64,000 bases of DNA from Saprolegnia diclina VS20 (lineage: Eukaryota). Below the pieces are notes generated by a model. The model did not search any database and had not been told where the DNA came from. It saw only the letters and a program-made list of their open reading frames with translations. The translations under genes were made by a program, and so were the position numbers. The stretch covers positions 1,162,193-1,226,192 of the forward strand of contig NW_008246070.1 in assembly GCF_000281045.1 (NCBI RefSeq), given 5' to 3'. Shown one piece after another: positions 12,472 through 25,136 of the stretch. Within the stretch, counting starts at the first letter, position 1, and each line of letters begins with the position of its first letter.

Positions 12472-14883
12472 TTAGAGATCCATGCTCTCGGTTGAAATAT
12501 CCATGCTAATGCTAACGTCTTTCTCCGGAAGCAGCTCGCTCGTCTCTTGAACGTCGTCTGGCGCAGGCTGGTTCAAGTCGGCGCTTGCAAAGAGATCTTG
12601 GAGCGCATCGTCGAGCGTCTGGATCGCGATCGGGTCTTCGGGGTCGTAGCTCAATGCCTAGAAGGTGCGTGTTGCACCAGATCTGGGATCTGCAACGCTT
12701 ACCGTGTGGTAGCACTGGATGGCTTCGTCCAAGCGGCCGCACAAGTGATACGTAAATCCGAGGGCAAAATGCGTCGACGCATTTCGTGGACACAAGCTCA
12801 GTGCGCGCTCGTAGGTTGCAATCGCCGCGTCGTACTGTCTAGTCGATAAACGTTGGCAACCGACTCATCATGAAAAGAGATTTAGAGACTCGAGCTTGCG
12901 GTAGGCTTGGGCGAGGTTGAAGAACGTCGCTTCCCAAGCGACAAGGCGCGTCTGCGTCCTCGTGTGAAAACGCGTGCGAGAAAGCTCTGACGCTACCTGG
13001 GAGAAGTGCTCGCAGAGCGCAATGGCCTTTGTAAAGTGGTCGACCGCGTCGCTGTACTCGCGCTGTCGAAAGCAAATCGTACCGAGTTCGTTGTACACGA
13101 GCGGGTCGGACGGACACACGTCGCACGCTTGGTGCACAAAATGCGACGCGAGCGCGAGGTTGTTGGTGCGGTAATGCTCCATGCCAATGCAGAGCAGAGG
13201 GACGTGGCACCCGAGGACGAGGCGCGTCGCCGTGCGATACGACGACATGGCTTGGTCGCTCTCGTCCTACCCATTGCAATCTCAGGAAACAAACACACGT
13301 GGAGGCCGCTGGCGACCTGCATGGCAAAGACGTTGCCAAACCCGATCCACGCCGGCGCAAACTGCGGCTCGAGGTTCGTGGCTTTGCTATATACGTATAC
13401 ACGTCAAATCATCGGACGCGTGCTCGGTCGTGCGCACTGAAAGTAGCGCTGGGCCGTGTCCAACTTCTTGACGAGCACATAGTAGCAGCCAACCGTGTAC
13501 CACGACGCGGCTTTTCTCGGGTACATGTCGACCTAAAGGGATGTGTTGGCGATACTTAGTATTGCGGAATACGACAATATTGGCAACCATTTGGTGGGCA
13601 AAATGAAAGAGCTCACTCTTGCGCTCGAGCTGCACGAGCGTCGCGACAAACACCGCGATGCACTGGTAGTGGAATGGATCGCGCTCGCGGACCCTACGCC
13701 CGACTAAGGTGATGGTATATCGTCCGTACGATACCACTTGCAGAGCTGGTAAGCCTGTTCCGTGTTGTGCTGGTAGAAATACGCTTCGGCCTTGGCGACG
13801 ACCTAGATTGCTACTTGATACATTGATATTTCCCACGCTTTGGGTGCATACGACGTCGACGTTGTCGGCGAGCTTGAAGACCTCCTCCAACGGACGAAAC
13901 TTGTCGGCGATCGCAGGCGCGTGATCGTACTACAGACAGCCGGGAGTGAGCATAAGCATCAGAAGGAGGTGCGTGGAGCACCCGCCCTAGCTGGGCGGTG
14001 TAGAGGGCCTTGAGGTACGCATCATGAGGCAGTCGAAAGTGGAGCGTATCGAGCATGCGGCGCTCCTGCGACGACGACAACATGTGCTTTTCGATGAGGT
14101 GCGTGAACGCCTATCGCTGCATGAGGTATGGAAGAAGTGGGCATCGACGTACGTCGGCGCAGTGCACGTCGCACTGCAGCGCGACGCGGTACCAGTAGCT
14201 CGCTCGCTCGCGACTTTCGAGCGCTTCGCACACTTCGCCGCGGAGACAGCATAATGAGGCGACGACGTTGATCTGCATCGTCTCGGGAAAGGCGAGGCTG
14301 CCGGCCTTGCGCAAGATCGTCGTTTCTTCGTCGCCGAGGACGCCCTCGAGCATTTCCTGGCAGTCTTCCCACTGCTTGACGGCGGCCTGCACACACCATA
14401 TACGTGGGTTCAACGTGGCGCTGCACGTACCATCGATTGCCCCAAGAGCAGGTACGCGCGCAATACGATCTCTTCGTCGTAGTCCATGGTCGTATGCAAG
14501 ATGGACGTGTCCGAGAACGACAGGGTTCGGTGCGCTGGCGAGCGCGCTGGCTTGGCGCGCGGCGAGCCCGCGTCCAGCTGCCCCACAAGGCCTTGCAGCG
14601 CGTGAATGGCTTCATGGAAGTCGCCCGTTGCAAAGTAGCTTTGCGCCAAAAGCATGCAGTCGGCTGGGTCTCGTGTCATCGTCGCCAGCTTCCCAGCGAA
14701 AAAGACCGCGCTGCGGTGCTGGTTGGTCGCGTGGCAGCTGCGGACGAGCTCCCTGAGCTTCGGGACAGTATCCGGGTGCATGGCCTCATCCTCAGGCCCA
14801 TCACAGATCTCTAGCGTCATCGGGACCCTGGGCGTGCCATGCGTACGCAGCTTCTGCTTCTTGGCGATCGGCGAAGAGGCCAT
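12472..14883 (-). CDS. CDC16: Anaphase-promoting complex subunit 6 (Cdc16), TPR protein, multi-exon
   Basis: 'QHRSAVFFAGKL', 'LLAQSYF', 'ELFHFAHQM', 'SWYTVGCYY', 'AWIGFGNVFA', 'QAMSSYRTATRLVLGCHVPLLCIGMEH', 'DPLVYNELG', 'WEATFFNLAQAYRKL' match the Cdc16/Cut9 TPR series. Confidence 0.9.
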
Positions 14884-15246
14884 GGCCGCGCTTGCACCGT
14901 GCTGCAGCCGGAAATGTGAGCTGCGTGTGCACTAGTTGATGCAACCAAACAATTCTAGAAACACGCATCTTCGAAATGAGCGAATCCCATGCGAGAATCT
15001 TTCTTGCAAGCGTTGTGATTGGCTAAAAGCAGCCATTATCTGGTCGAGGTCCACGTGCATTGCTGATGTTCGAAAAACAATAGATTTTGCTTTTTATTAT
15101 GCTGTATCCCATAGATTTGCAGGACCTTTGGTCCCAAAACCGGTATTATATTATGCTTCGGTTGAATTGTAATATTATTGTTAATTGCGTGAACCGAGCC
15201 ACCCACGGACCTCGCGCTCCGCTTCGGCCCGATTCCTTGGTCAAGC

Positions 15247-16856
15247 ATGCAGACGAACGAAGAGAAGAACCTCCTCTTGGTACGGTAGCTCCATGTACAT
15301 GCAGCCAGCCTGCATGTCCCTGCCTACGGACGTGAATTCATATGCCGGCTAGGCGGGCGAGCTGCTCTTGGGCCGTTGGAAGGTGCTCGAGAAGATTGGC
15401 GAAGGCACGTTTAGCCAGATCTTTACGGCCTTTGACATCACCAACACGGCGCTCAAGGTCGCAGTCAAGGTTGAAGCGCCGAGCGAGATGAAGCCCGTGC
15501 TCGAATGGGAGAGCCAAGTGCTCGTTGCACTCCAGAAGCGCAGCCCCTATGTGTGCAAGTATTACCACCACGGCAAGCACGGCGACAACTTTATCTTGAT
15601 CATGGAGCTTCTTGGCGACAACATGTCCAAGCTACGTGGCGCGCCCGACGCGGCCCACGGCGTCCCGCTCTCCAAGGCTGTCGCTGCCGGTATCCAAATG
15701 CTCGACTGCCTCGAGTCCTTCCACAATGCAGGGTTCCTCCACCGCGACATCAAGGCGTCCAACTTTGCACTCTCAAACGGCGCTGCGGCCAGCAAGTACA
15801 TCTGTGCCGCATGGTCCGCGATGCTCATTTTCCTCGTAGAAAGTACTTTGTCATCGACTTTGGCCTCTCCAAGCAGCATTTGACGCCGGACGGGGATGTC
15901 ATTGCGGCGCGCGAGAAGGCCGAGTTCCGCGGCACGTCCATGTACGCGTCCCTCCGCGCGCACCGGCGCGAGGAGCTCGGGCGGCGCGACGACCTCATTT
16001 CATGGTTCTACCTCGTGCTCGACCTCATTCGCGGCGAACTGCCGTGGGCCTACGATGCGCAAAAGAAGAACCGCGAAGTGGTCGTCGAGCTCAAAGAGTT
16101 CTACTCGGAGATGCACCCCGAGAAGCTCGTGGAGAGTCTGCCCGGGGCCCGCCACCTGCTCAAGATTGCCACGTACCTGGAAACCGAGCTCGCGTACGGC
16201 GACGCGCCCAACTACAGCCTTCTCCGCAAGAGCCTCAAGGCCGTCGAAGACAAGGACGACGAGCAAGTGCTCTTGGAAGAGTGGGACGCGATGCAGTCGA
16301 CGGAATCGCGTGCGGCCGCGTGGACCGAGCGCCACCAACTCGAACAGCTCACGGACGAGACACTGCTCAAGGTACTCGGTGGCATTTCTATAGCAGGAGG
16401 GCAGAAACCTGTGCGTAGGTCGCCAAGCACTATGGGTCCTTCTTTGATCTGAGCGACACGGACGCGCTCTTTGCGCTCCAAAAGCATATTTGGACGGTCG
16501 AACGCCGGGTCGCCAAAGCCGCGCTGGCCTTCCAGACCTTTAGCGAGCGCCGGCTGCGGGAGCAGAAGCGGCGCCACGAAGCCATGCTCAAGCGACGCGA
16601 CTCGGACATGCGTGTGCGCGAGTCCATGGGCGCTGCGCAGCGCTTGAAGGCCCAGCACGACGCGGCGCGCGAGGCAGCGCGGGAGGCGGCCCGGGCCGCC
16701 AGAGACAGTCCTCGGCCGGCGCGCGACGAGGCACCGGGCACGACACCGGCGGCGACAACGCCCGCATTCGCCACGGTACCGACGATCGTGCACGTCGCCG
16801 ACAAGCCCACAGACGAGGAAGGTCCGCGCCGGAAACGCTCGCGATGGGACGCTTAG
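15247..16856 (+). CDS. CK1-group Ser/Thr kinase (tau-tubulin kinase-like) with charged C-terminal tail
   Basis: 'KIGEGTFSQI', 'VAVKVE', 'MELLG', 'HRDIKASNF', 'IDFGL', 'FRGTSMYAS', 'LGRRDDL', 'LPW'. Introns ~15280-15352, ~15796-15838 and ~16372-16418. Confidence 0.9.
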
Positions 16857-16923
16857 GCGATTTAACTAACACAACGAGGACGTTATTTAACGTCGACGCC
16901 GTTTCGGTCTCTCACACTGCGTC

Positions 16924-19720
16924 ATGCCGCCATCGCGCCGACATTCGCTGGCCAAGGCGTGGTCGACCATCAAGTCGGTCACGCCCTTTGTGCGGAGCCC
17001 GAGCAACCGCACGATTCTCTTGAATCCAGAGCTCATTGAGGCCGTGGCGGGCCCGCTCCAGCGAGCCAAAGCCACGGCGCAGCACGTCCTGCCGGTCGAG
17101 GCGGTGGCCGACCGCCTCACGTCGCTTCGGCACCACGCAGCAAGCGAAGTTAGCCCCTCGCGGCTGCCCGCAGGAGTGCCTCTCGACGCACTCAAATCGT
17201 TTCTACCGACAGCCAAGTCCCATTCGGCGGCGCCCCGGATTGCCCTCGAGGTCCAAAGGCTCTACGACGATGGACTCAAAGCGAGTGGGGTGTTAGGACA
17301 TTTGGCGCGAAATTGAGATTGAGAAACATCTTCTCGTGCAGCAAGTACGCATGGTCCCCGTGCTGCGGACTCAAGATAACGTTTTGATGCGTAGGGACCC
17401 GAGATCATTGCCGAATGCGAACGCAAGCTGCACGGGCTCCTTGGGCATCCGCCGACACAGGAGCTCGACCGTGTCAAGGTAGAGCGAGAAACGCACCCGT
17501 CCGATGAGGCAGGACGATGTTGTAGACGCTTGTGGAGCAGCTCGGACTCAAGGAAGAGGTGCTTCGGGGGTTGTTGCCGCATCAAGCACCGACCGTCGAG
17601 ACGATGCAGCAGCTCGCACTCCTCAACAGAGTACTACATATCTCCATGGCAGCGAGTGATTGACCATGAACAGCTGCTTGATGCGCCGTCTACATCCGAT
17701 CTCCCGGTTCGTGAGCGCGAGTGACGAGTGTGTCTAACGAGATTGACTGTAGAACATACTGCGAAAAGCCAAGGTACTCGGCTCAGCCTCCTGCCGCACT
17801 GTAGGCCTGTCTGGATGCTGTAGACGCTCGCCGATCAGCTCAGTCCCGAGTACTACTTGGCCATGAGTTACTATCTAACGCTATCGTAGCCACCCGAGTT
17901 GCAACCTCCCCGCCAAAGTGCTCAAGACGACTTTTGCCCATGCGAGCCACAGCGTAGGCGGCGTCACCGCTGCGGTGCTATCTACTGCAACGATATAGGA
18001 GGAGCCGGACAAGTACCAAGACCTCTTGAGTCTGCTCAAAGCCGTCTCCAAAGCAAGTCCAAAGAAGGAGCACAATCACGTGCTTCTGACGCTCACGCAC
18101 CTCGCCAACGAAGTGCTGGACGAGAAAATCGAGCTCATCAAGCTGAGCTTGAGCGAGGCTGGCGTCGCGTGCCACGCCCTCTACAACAGCTTCTTTCTCC
18201 TCATCCTCGCTGTCATGTTTTGCGCGCTCACTGTCTTCCTCCTCTCGCTGGTATGCCGGCAAATCGCGCCTCGGGTTGACCTGTCGCTCGTAGGCCATGA
18301 CCCAGTTTCTCACCACGTTCTTGCTCGTCTCGTACCTCGACAGTCTCTGGATCACGACCGCGGTCGCCCTCACGATCGGTCTTGTGGTACAACTGCACAT
18401 ACTGCGAATGCATCGTATCTAAATAGCACGTAGCTCGGACTACTGGGGATTGCGATATTAAAGCGCACCATGGTCGAGCTACGGACGCTCCTGCTCAGTC
18501 CCCGCGAGCTCAAGAAAACAAAGTCGTTTGGGAAAAAGAAGAAGACTCGCCCCGAGAGCAAACCCAAGCTCGACGACGACCGTCTTGGCTCGTGGATCAA
18601 AGGCCTCGCGGAAGAAGATGCGGCAGAACACGCCGACGCGTCACCTCCGGCCTCAGTACCTAGCAGCAACGAACCACCGCAAACCCAACCCGATGATGTG
18701 GCGCCGTCGACAAGTCAAGCAGACATACCACTCGTTTCGGCTATGAAAGAGCCGGAGCCGAATGTCGATCAGCCTGAAGCGCGCACCGAGACAGTAGCCG
18801 TGCTCCTGCCCGACACCAGTAAAAGACCATCCGGAGGTCTCAAGCGGCTTCCGTCCATCTCTGAAGACGCAGACGAGACAACCGGAGCCAAGGTCGACCA
18901 TAGTGCGCTCGTGGAAAGCGAGATTGCACCGCTTCTATCTGCCATGGTGTCGCTCGTCGAGGCGCTCGACTGTAGCCTCGTGGCAAAGACCGACGACGTT
19001 CTTGTGGTCGACCTTCCACGCCAAGACAGCAGCGACTGCTTTGGCGACGTCCTCGACTCCGACACACAAGCCGAGGCGTGGCTTTTGCAAGACATGGCCA
19101 ACGCACTTCAACCCGCACCAGTTGTCACTAGCACTCTGCCCGAGTCGATCGCGCGCGTTCAAGTGCTGCTTCTGCCGCCGCCCAAGCTTCCTACGCTGGC
19201 CCTTTTGCCAATTCCGTTACTGGCCATCGAGCCAAACACAGTTGCTTCAACAACGGCCTTGCGTGAAGACGACATGGTAGAGACGTCGCGCGTAGAAGCT
19301 ACGCTCGAAGCGGCCGACGAGAGTACGATACAGTTGCCCCCGGTGCCGATGCTGCCAGAGCTTATTGAAGCGGTCGCGATTGAACCACCGACGCCACTTC
19401 CACCAGCCCCCGTGGTCGTGGAACTACCGAGTCTGGTGCCAATGCTAGCGCAAAGCGAGCTCCCGACGCAAGGTAGCAGCACGCTGGCACGCCCGAGGCG
19501 CGTTCCGCAGCCCACGTCGTTGGCAGCGACACCGAAGCCGAAGATGCGTCGACGCCCATCGGCTCCCGACGTTTTGGTCCAGCGGTCGCGACCACCCGTC
19601 GTTCGGATGCGGAGCTCGCCATTGATTCCTGCAGACGATCCTCCGTTGCCCAGCGTCCTTGCCGTCGACGATGCAGCGTCCGACGACGGCAGCAGCACGA
19701 GTGATGTACCTATGTTATGA
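16924..19720 (+). CDS. Uncharacterised multi-exon protein with a 2-3 TM segment and long Pro/acidic disordered C-terminus (gene model uncertain)
   Basis: ORF pieces 16924-17316, 18026-18433 and 18470-19720 can be joined through short introns. Hydrophobic stretch 'FFLLILAVMFCALTVFLLSL/AMTQFLTTFLLVSYLDSLWITTAVALTIGLV/LGLLGIAIL'. Confidence 0.45.
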
Positions 19721-19814
19721 CCCGAAACTGTCTCTAACGCGCAATGAAATACCCTTTTTTGGCTTAAAAGGGCAACCTCAGAATGAGCGATTAGAGCCGA
19801 AGGCGACAATTGTA

Positions 19815-20968
19815 ATGACCGCCGCGTCGTTTGTCGAGGTCGGCCACTGCATTTGGCAGTCAACAGCGCGAAGCGCTGGGAAGCACGTGGCTATTCTTGG
19901 AGGTACCCCTATGTACCTCTTGCGTCCTGACTGCACTCGGTGCTAGGCGTGCACGGCAACGAGCTCAGCGGCGTGCACGTGATTGAGCAGCTCCGAGAGC
20001 GCTGTCCGCCGTTGATTGCGGGCTCATTGACGCTGATTCTGGGCAACCCCAAAGCCATCGAGGCTGGTACGCGTGGCAGCACGCCGTATGCCGATCTGAA
20101 TCGCTGCTTCACGCTGGACATCGAGACAACGGCCCCGAGCGGCCCCTTTTTGTACGAAGAGACGCGAGCTCGTGAACTTGCGCCATACCTGCGCGTATGT
20201 CTTACACAACTTCTTGGCGCTAAGCATGTGTAGCGTAGCGACCTCATGCTTGATTTGCACGCGACCAACAAGCCGTCCGAGCCTTTCTTCAAGCTTGCGG
20301 GTTCGCTCTCGCCAGCGCACTATGATGTTTGCCGGTACACTCGCCGTGCAACATATCCGAACGCTACGATCTTAGTCGACATCATCGTAGGTGGTTTCCG
20401 TGCGACACCATCTTGCATGACGCTCAACATAAGTTGGCGGGCAAAATCGCGCTCTCGGATGAATTTGTCGGTGCGAACGGAGGCATCGGGCTCATTTACG
20501 AGAGCGGTCTTGCGGCCGACACGTCGCAGGTTGCCGCGCTCACGCAGGCAGTGCTTGCAATTCTGTCGCACGAGGCAAACATCATTCCAGCGCCCGTCGA
20601 TGCCGTTCCGCCGCCGCCGAAACCATCGACGATCTATGAAGTCACCGAGGTACGCAGCACTTGATACGTACGTGGCATGGTAGGATTAACGGCGGTTCAG
20701 GTGTTTCGACTGCCACCAAGCGGCTTTTCGTGGCTCAATAATCACGGCGGCCACAACTTTGAGTGCGTGCCGGCCCACGAGCCCATTGGCCGCTTTGGCG
20801 ACGGCTCTTTGCTTTGCATCGACTATGACGCATACATTGTGTTTCCCAAGGTACCCGTGCTGTGGAAGCAAGATGCGTACGTCTCGTTTTGCTACAATCG
20901 ATCGGACACACGACCCTGTCTACTGTAGGCCGCTAGGTTGGTTGGCCAAAAAGGTCCCTTCGGATTAG
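19815..20968 (+). CDS. Succinylglutamate desuccinylase/aspartoacylase (AstE/AspA, M14-like Zn hydrolase) family
   Basis: Spliced 'ILGG/VHGNELSG' (HxxE Zn ligands), 'GNPKA', 'DLNRCF', 'RARELAP', 'LDLH', 'IYESG' and 'IVFP'. Confidence 0.85.
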
Positions 20969-21214
20969 GTAAGAATCATGACACGAATTACATGGCTTTC
21001 ATATGGTGCCATCGAGCTCGTTGGGTGAACATTGTTTGGCAAAAGTGCTGCGGGTTCGCTGTGGAGCCACAGCTTGCCACGTGGGCTGACGTGGCGGCGT
21101 CTGCTGCCACCGCATATTTTAGCCAATGAAACTGATTTTCGAGATCCCACCAATCAGCGTCGCCCAGCGCACAAATACGCGCTGTAACCTGCGCATAGTC
21201 CTTCGAGCCGCAGC

Positions 21215-23205
21215 ATGGCCAGTGCAAGCAGCGATGGCGACTTGCGCCGGGAGAACGACCACCTGCTCCAAGAGGTCGAGCTGTACCGCGGCGTCATCTC
21301 GGTCATGAAGGAAGACTTGAACGTCAAGGCCGAGCAGATCGAGCACATCTACAAGAGGTACTACTAGTATATTTTTTTCGAATGCCATTGATTTCAACTC
21401 GGAACGACGTAGCCTCAAAGCGTCTCTGGTGCACAAGGCGCAGTCGCTCGAAGCCAACCAAAAGGTGTTGCAGGACAAAGTGAGCCATCTCGAGGTACGT
21501 GCTTGAATCCATCGGTGGCCTCCAGACACCACCACGTCACAGTGCGTCTTGCGAGCCAAAGACATCAGTTTTGCGCGCGTTCGAAAACACCTTGAGGAAG
21601 CCACTGCGCGATTGCAACAGTGCGTTTTCACGGCAAAAACTATCGCAAACGTCACTGGGTCTATAGGCACGATCACTCCGATTCGCAGCAGCCGTCGGCC
21701 TGGCTCGTCGACGATGTGGCCCACCGCATCTTTGGCTTCCTCGACAGCGCGAGCTTGTGCGCTGCCGCAGCCGTGCAACGCTCGTGGTATGCGATGGTCA
21801 TGCTCGACAGCGTCTGGGAAGCTCTGTACTGGCGCCAATGGTCGGCGCTGCTGCCATTACGACCCCAGCCGCCATCTCTAGAGAACCAGGCCTCGGACCA
21901 CGCGTGGCTTGATCACTGCCGTGACCGCTACCTTCTTGAGAGAAACTGGCGCCTTGGAAAAGCCGTCATTACAACGTTATGTGGCCACACCGGCACTGTG
22001 ACGTGCCTTCAGTTTGACGACACGCAGCTCGTAAGCGGTGCTATACTTGCGTCTCTAAACGCCGCGTAGATCTCGGGCTCGGACGACGGTAGTCTCATGC
22101 TGTGGTCGCTAGCAGCATCCCGAAGCAATGCCGATGCGGGTGCACACTACCTGGTCCTTTCTCGCTCGACTCAGCACAAAGACTGTAGATCTAACGGGCC
22201 TCGACCGTGCCAATGCCTTACCTCCATCGATGCTAGCGCAGCAACATCACCGCCAGGTATCACATACCGCGTCCGTCCAAATTCAAGTAGGAGAATGTGG
22301 CTTGCCTAGACGCGAACCGTGCACAAGCTCCACTCGTTTTACGGCCACGGCGGGCCTGTCTGGGCCCTCCACATGTATGGCAACCACACGCTAGTGAGCG
22401 GCTCGTACGACAAGACTGTCAAGCTCTGGAACCTCCAGGTAGGCATGGTGTATCCTGAGCGAGGTACCAAGCGAGATAGACGGGAAGCTGCGTGCGCACG
22501 CTTCGCGCCCATACCGGTTGGGTGAGCAGCCTCGACATGCACGCCGGCAAAATTGCCAGCGGCAGCTGGGACTCGTGCATCAATCTATGGGATGCCGACT
22601 CGGGCGAGCTCCTTCGTACGCTGTTAGACGTCCCGGCCAACCCGATCTACTGCCTCAAGGTACCGCTCGTCGTCCACTTGATACATAGTTGATAGTTGAC
22701 GCGGGTAGTGGGAGCCAGAAACGAACGCCATCGTCGCCGGCTGTCGCAGCCACGGCATCCAAATCTACGACGTCGAGTCGGGTCGATGCACGCAGACATT
22801 TACCGGGCACGTTCGCGGCAACCAAGTCAACGGCATCAAAGTACAACGTCGCAATAGTGTGTACTACAGTGCGTTGAACTAAGGACGTAGGCCGACGCAA
22901 CGACCGTGCTGTCCGGAGGTTCGGACGCCACCGTCAAGCTATGGGACCGACGGGACAGCTCGTGCACGCACACGCTGCACGGCCACTCTGGCGCTGTCAT
23001 GTGTGTCGAGAACGTTGGCGAGCATACGGTCGTCTCGGGCGCCTATGATATGACCATCAAGTGCTGGGACATCCGCCATATCGCAGCGCCCGTGACGTCG
23101 GTACAAGGCCACTCGTCGGCCGTCTTTGCGCTGCAAGCCGATGCGACCAAGATCATCTCGGGCTCGGCCGACACCACCGTCAAGATCTTTAATTTTCATC
23201 ATTAA
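21215..23205 (+). CDS. F-box/WD40-repeat protein with N-terminal coiled coil
   Basis: F-box 'LVDDVAHRIFGFLDSASLCAAAAVQRSWY'. WD repeats 'GHTGTVTCLQF', 'GHGGPVWAL', 'SGSYDKTVKLWN', 'SGSWDSCINLWD', 'SGGSDATVKLWD', 'SGAYDMTIKCWD', 'SGSADTTVKIFN'. Confidence 0.9.
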
Positions 23206-23426
23206 CCGTGTACAAATGGGTCATTGCCGTGAAGCATGTGCATTTTTGTTGTTCGCATCGAGACGCCACATGCTGGACAGAGTTGTATGCAACGATGGCT
23301 AGATTTCGGCGATCCAGCAAAACGAGGCGGTGTGACACAGATATGTGACGGGCAACACGATACTACCAGTGGTCTAAATCAATATTAATCGAGGTCGCAA
23401 AGAATGGCTCCAACGGAACGTAAACA

Positions 23427-24799
23427 CTAGGCAAGCATGCCTTTTGTACTGGGCACACCGGCGGTCGGGTCGAACGCGACGGCCTGCCGCAAGGCGCGGG
23501 CAAAGGCTTTGAAAGCGGCTTCGGCCTTGTGGTGGTCGTTCTCGCCCTTGATCACGTCCACGTGCAGCGTGAGGCGCGCGGCACTCGCAAACGACACGAA
23601 GAAATGCGAAATCATTTCGGTCGAGAGCGTCCCGATGCTCGGTCGCCGCAAATCGAGCGCGACGGCACTGCAGCCGCGGCTCGAAATGTCGACGATGACA
23701 CGGGCCAGCGCTTCGTCAAGCGGGACGAGCGCCGACCCGAAGCGGGCAATGTCTTTGCGCGGCCCGAGGGCGCTGTCGAGGGCCTCGCCGAGCGCAAGGC
23801 CGCAGTCTTCGGCGGTGTGGTGGTCGTCGATCCACGTGTCGCCCTTGCACGTGAGCTCGAGGTTGAAGCGGCCGTGTTTGGCCACGGCATCCAGCATGTG
23901 GTCCAGGAAGCCAATGCCAGTGCTGATGTTGGACGACCCGTTGCCGTCGAGGTCGAGCACGACATCGATCGACGTCTCCTTTGTCTGTCGGTGGATCGTG
24001 CCAATGCGGCGCGTCGAAAAGGTCCGATTGGTCTGGAGCGGAATTTCGTCGAGAAGCTCGTCGCAGCCTGGGCGAAGCACCTTCTTGGCACCGACGGCCA
24101 ATAGCTTGTCCGCAATGGGCGCCGCCGTGTGTGTGAGAACTGCAGTCGCGTAGGCTCCCGGCGTGAGCACGCCGTAGGCAAGGACGGAGGCGCGCACCGC
24201 GGCGGTAATGTCGTCGACGGTATCCCCAAGCATGGCAACCTCGCACGCCGCCACGTTCATTTGCTGCAGCGCAAGAAGGATCGGGGCTGGCGATGGCTTG
24301 GGCGGGCAGTCTTCCATGCAAACGCGGACAGGAAAAAGGGCTTCGAGTCTAAGAGATACCTCGGTGAGCACATGTCGTTAAAATATAGAGACGGTACGTA
24401 CGCATGGTCGCGTAGGAACTTGTCGCAATCCTTGCGCGGGCGTCCGGTCACAATGGCCATGCCCTTGGGTAGTCGCCGATGAAGCTCGAGGAGGAGGCCT
24501 TTCGTGGTGATGAGTGTCTCGAGGCTGCAGAGGCCCGGCGTTGTCGCTGTGCCCTGATAGATTTCCTCAAACTTGGCTGTAATCTCGGCCAGTGTCACCG
24601 TGCTCGATGGCACCTTGGTATGCACGAGGCGGTGCGTGAGAACCCAGTCGTTGTTCGCGTCACCTGCGAGCTTGGCCGCCTCGACGTCAGCGTCCGTGAC
24701 GGTCGCGCCAAAGGCCGCTGCTGACTGGAGGATCGCGGCGCGGTACGAGCGCGAGACCTCGGCGAGGACGCCGTCCATGTCCCACAGCAGTGCTTGCAT
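23427..24799 (-). CDS. HIS3: Fusion of a HAD-family phosphatase and imidazoleglycerol-phosphate dehydratase (bifunctional HisB-like)
   Basis: HAD motif I 'LLWDMDGVL', 'VTGRP', 'KPSP', 'LGDTVDD'. IGPD motifs 'RQTKET', 'TGIGFLDHML', 'DDHHTAED', 'PLDEAL', 'NDHHKAEA', 'VPSTKG'. One intron ~24352-24400. Confidence 0.93.
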
Positions 24800-25136
24800 G
24801 GTCGTCCGTGGATGCTTATTGAAAACTGAGTGCAGGTGCGCCTTCAAGCTCCCAAACGGCAACTTGGTGCGCAATCAAAAAATTCTATTGGTGCAACAGC
24901 GCGCTCTGATTGGCGGAATATGAAGCCACAAGAAGTAGCGAAGGGACGCGAACGCCAATCATCAACCATCATCAACGTGGCTTTGGGGTTTCGGCGGAAC
25001 GCGAACGAAGCACCAATAATACTATATTCAAGTCCAAGGCTATCCGCAGCTCAAGGACAAGAGTGCACAGAATATGTGCTCTCTACGCCACTGATAAACA
25101 AAGAATCCGATGAGATTCCATTCAAACACACAGGCA

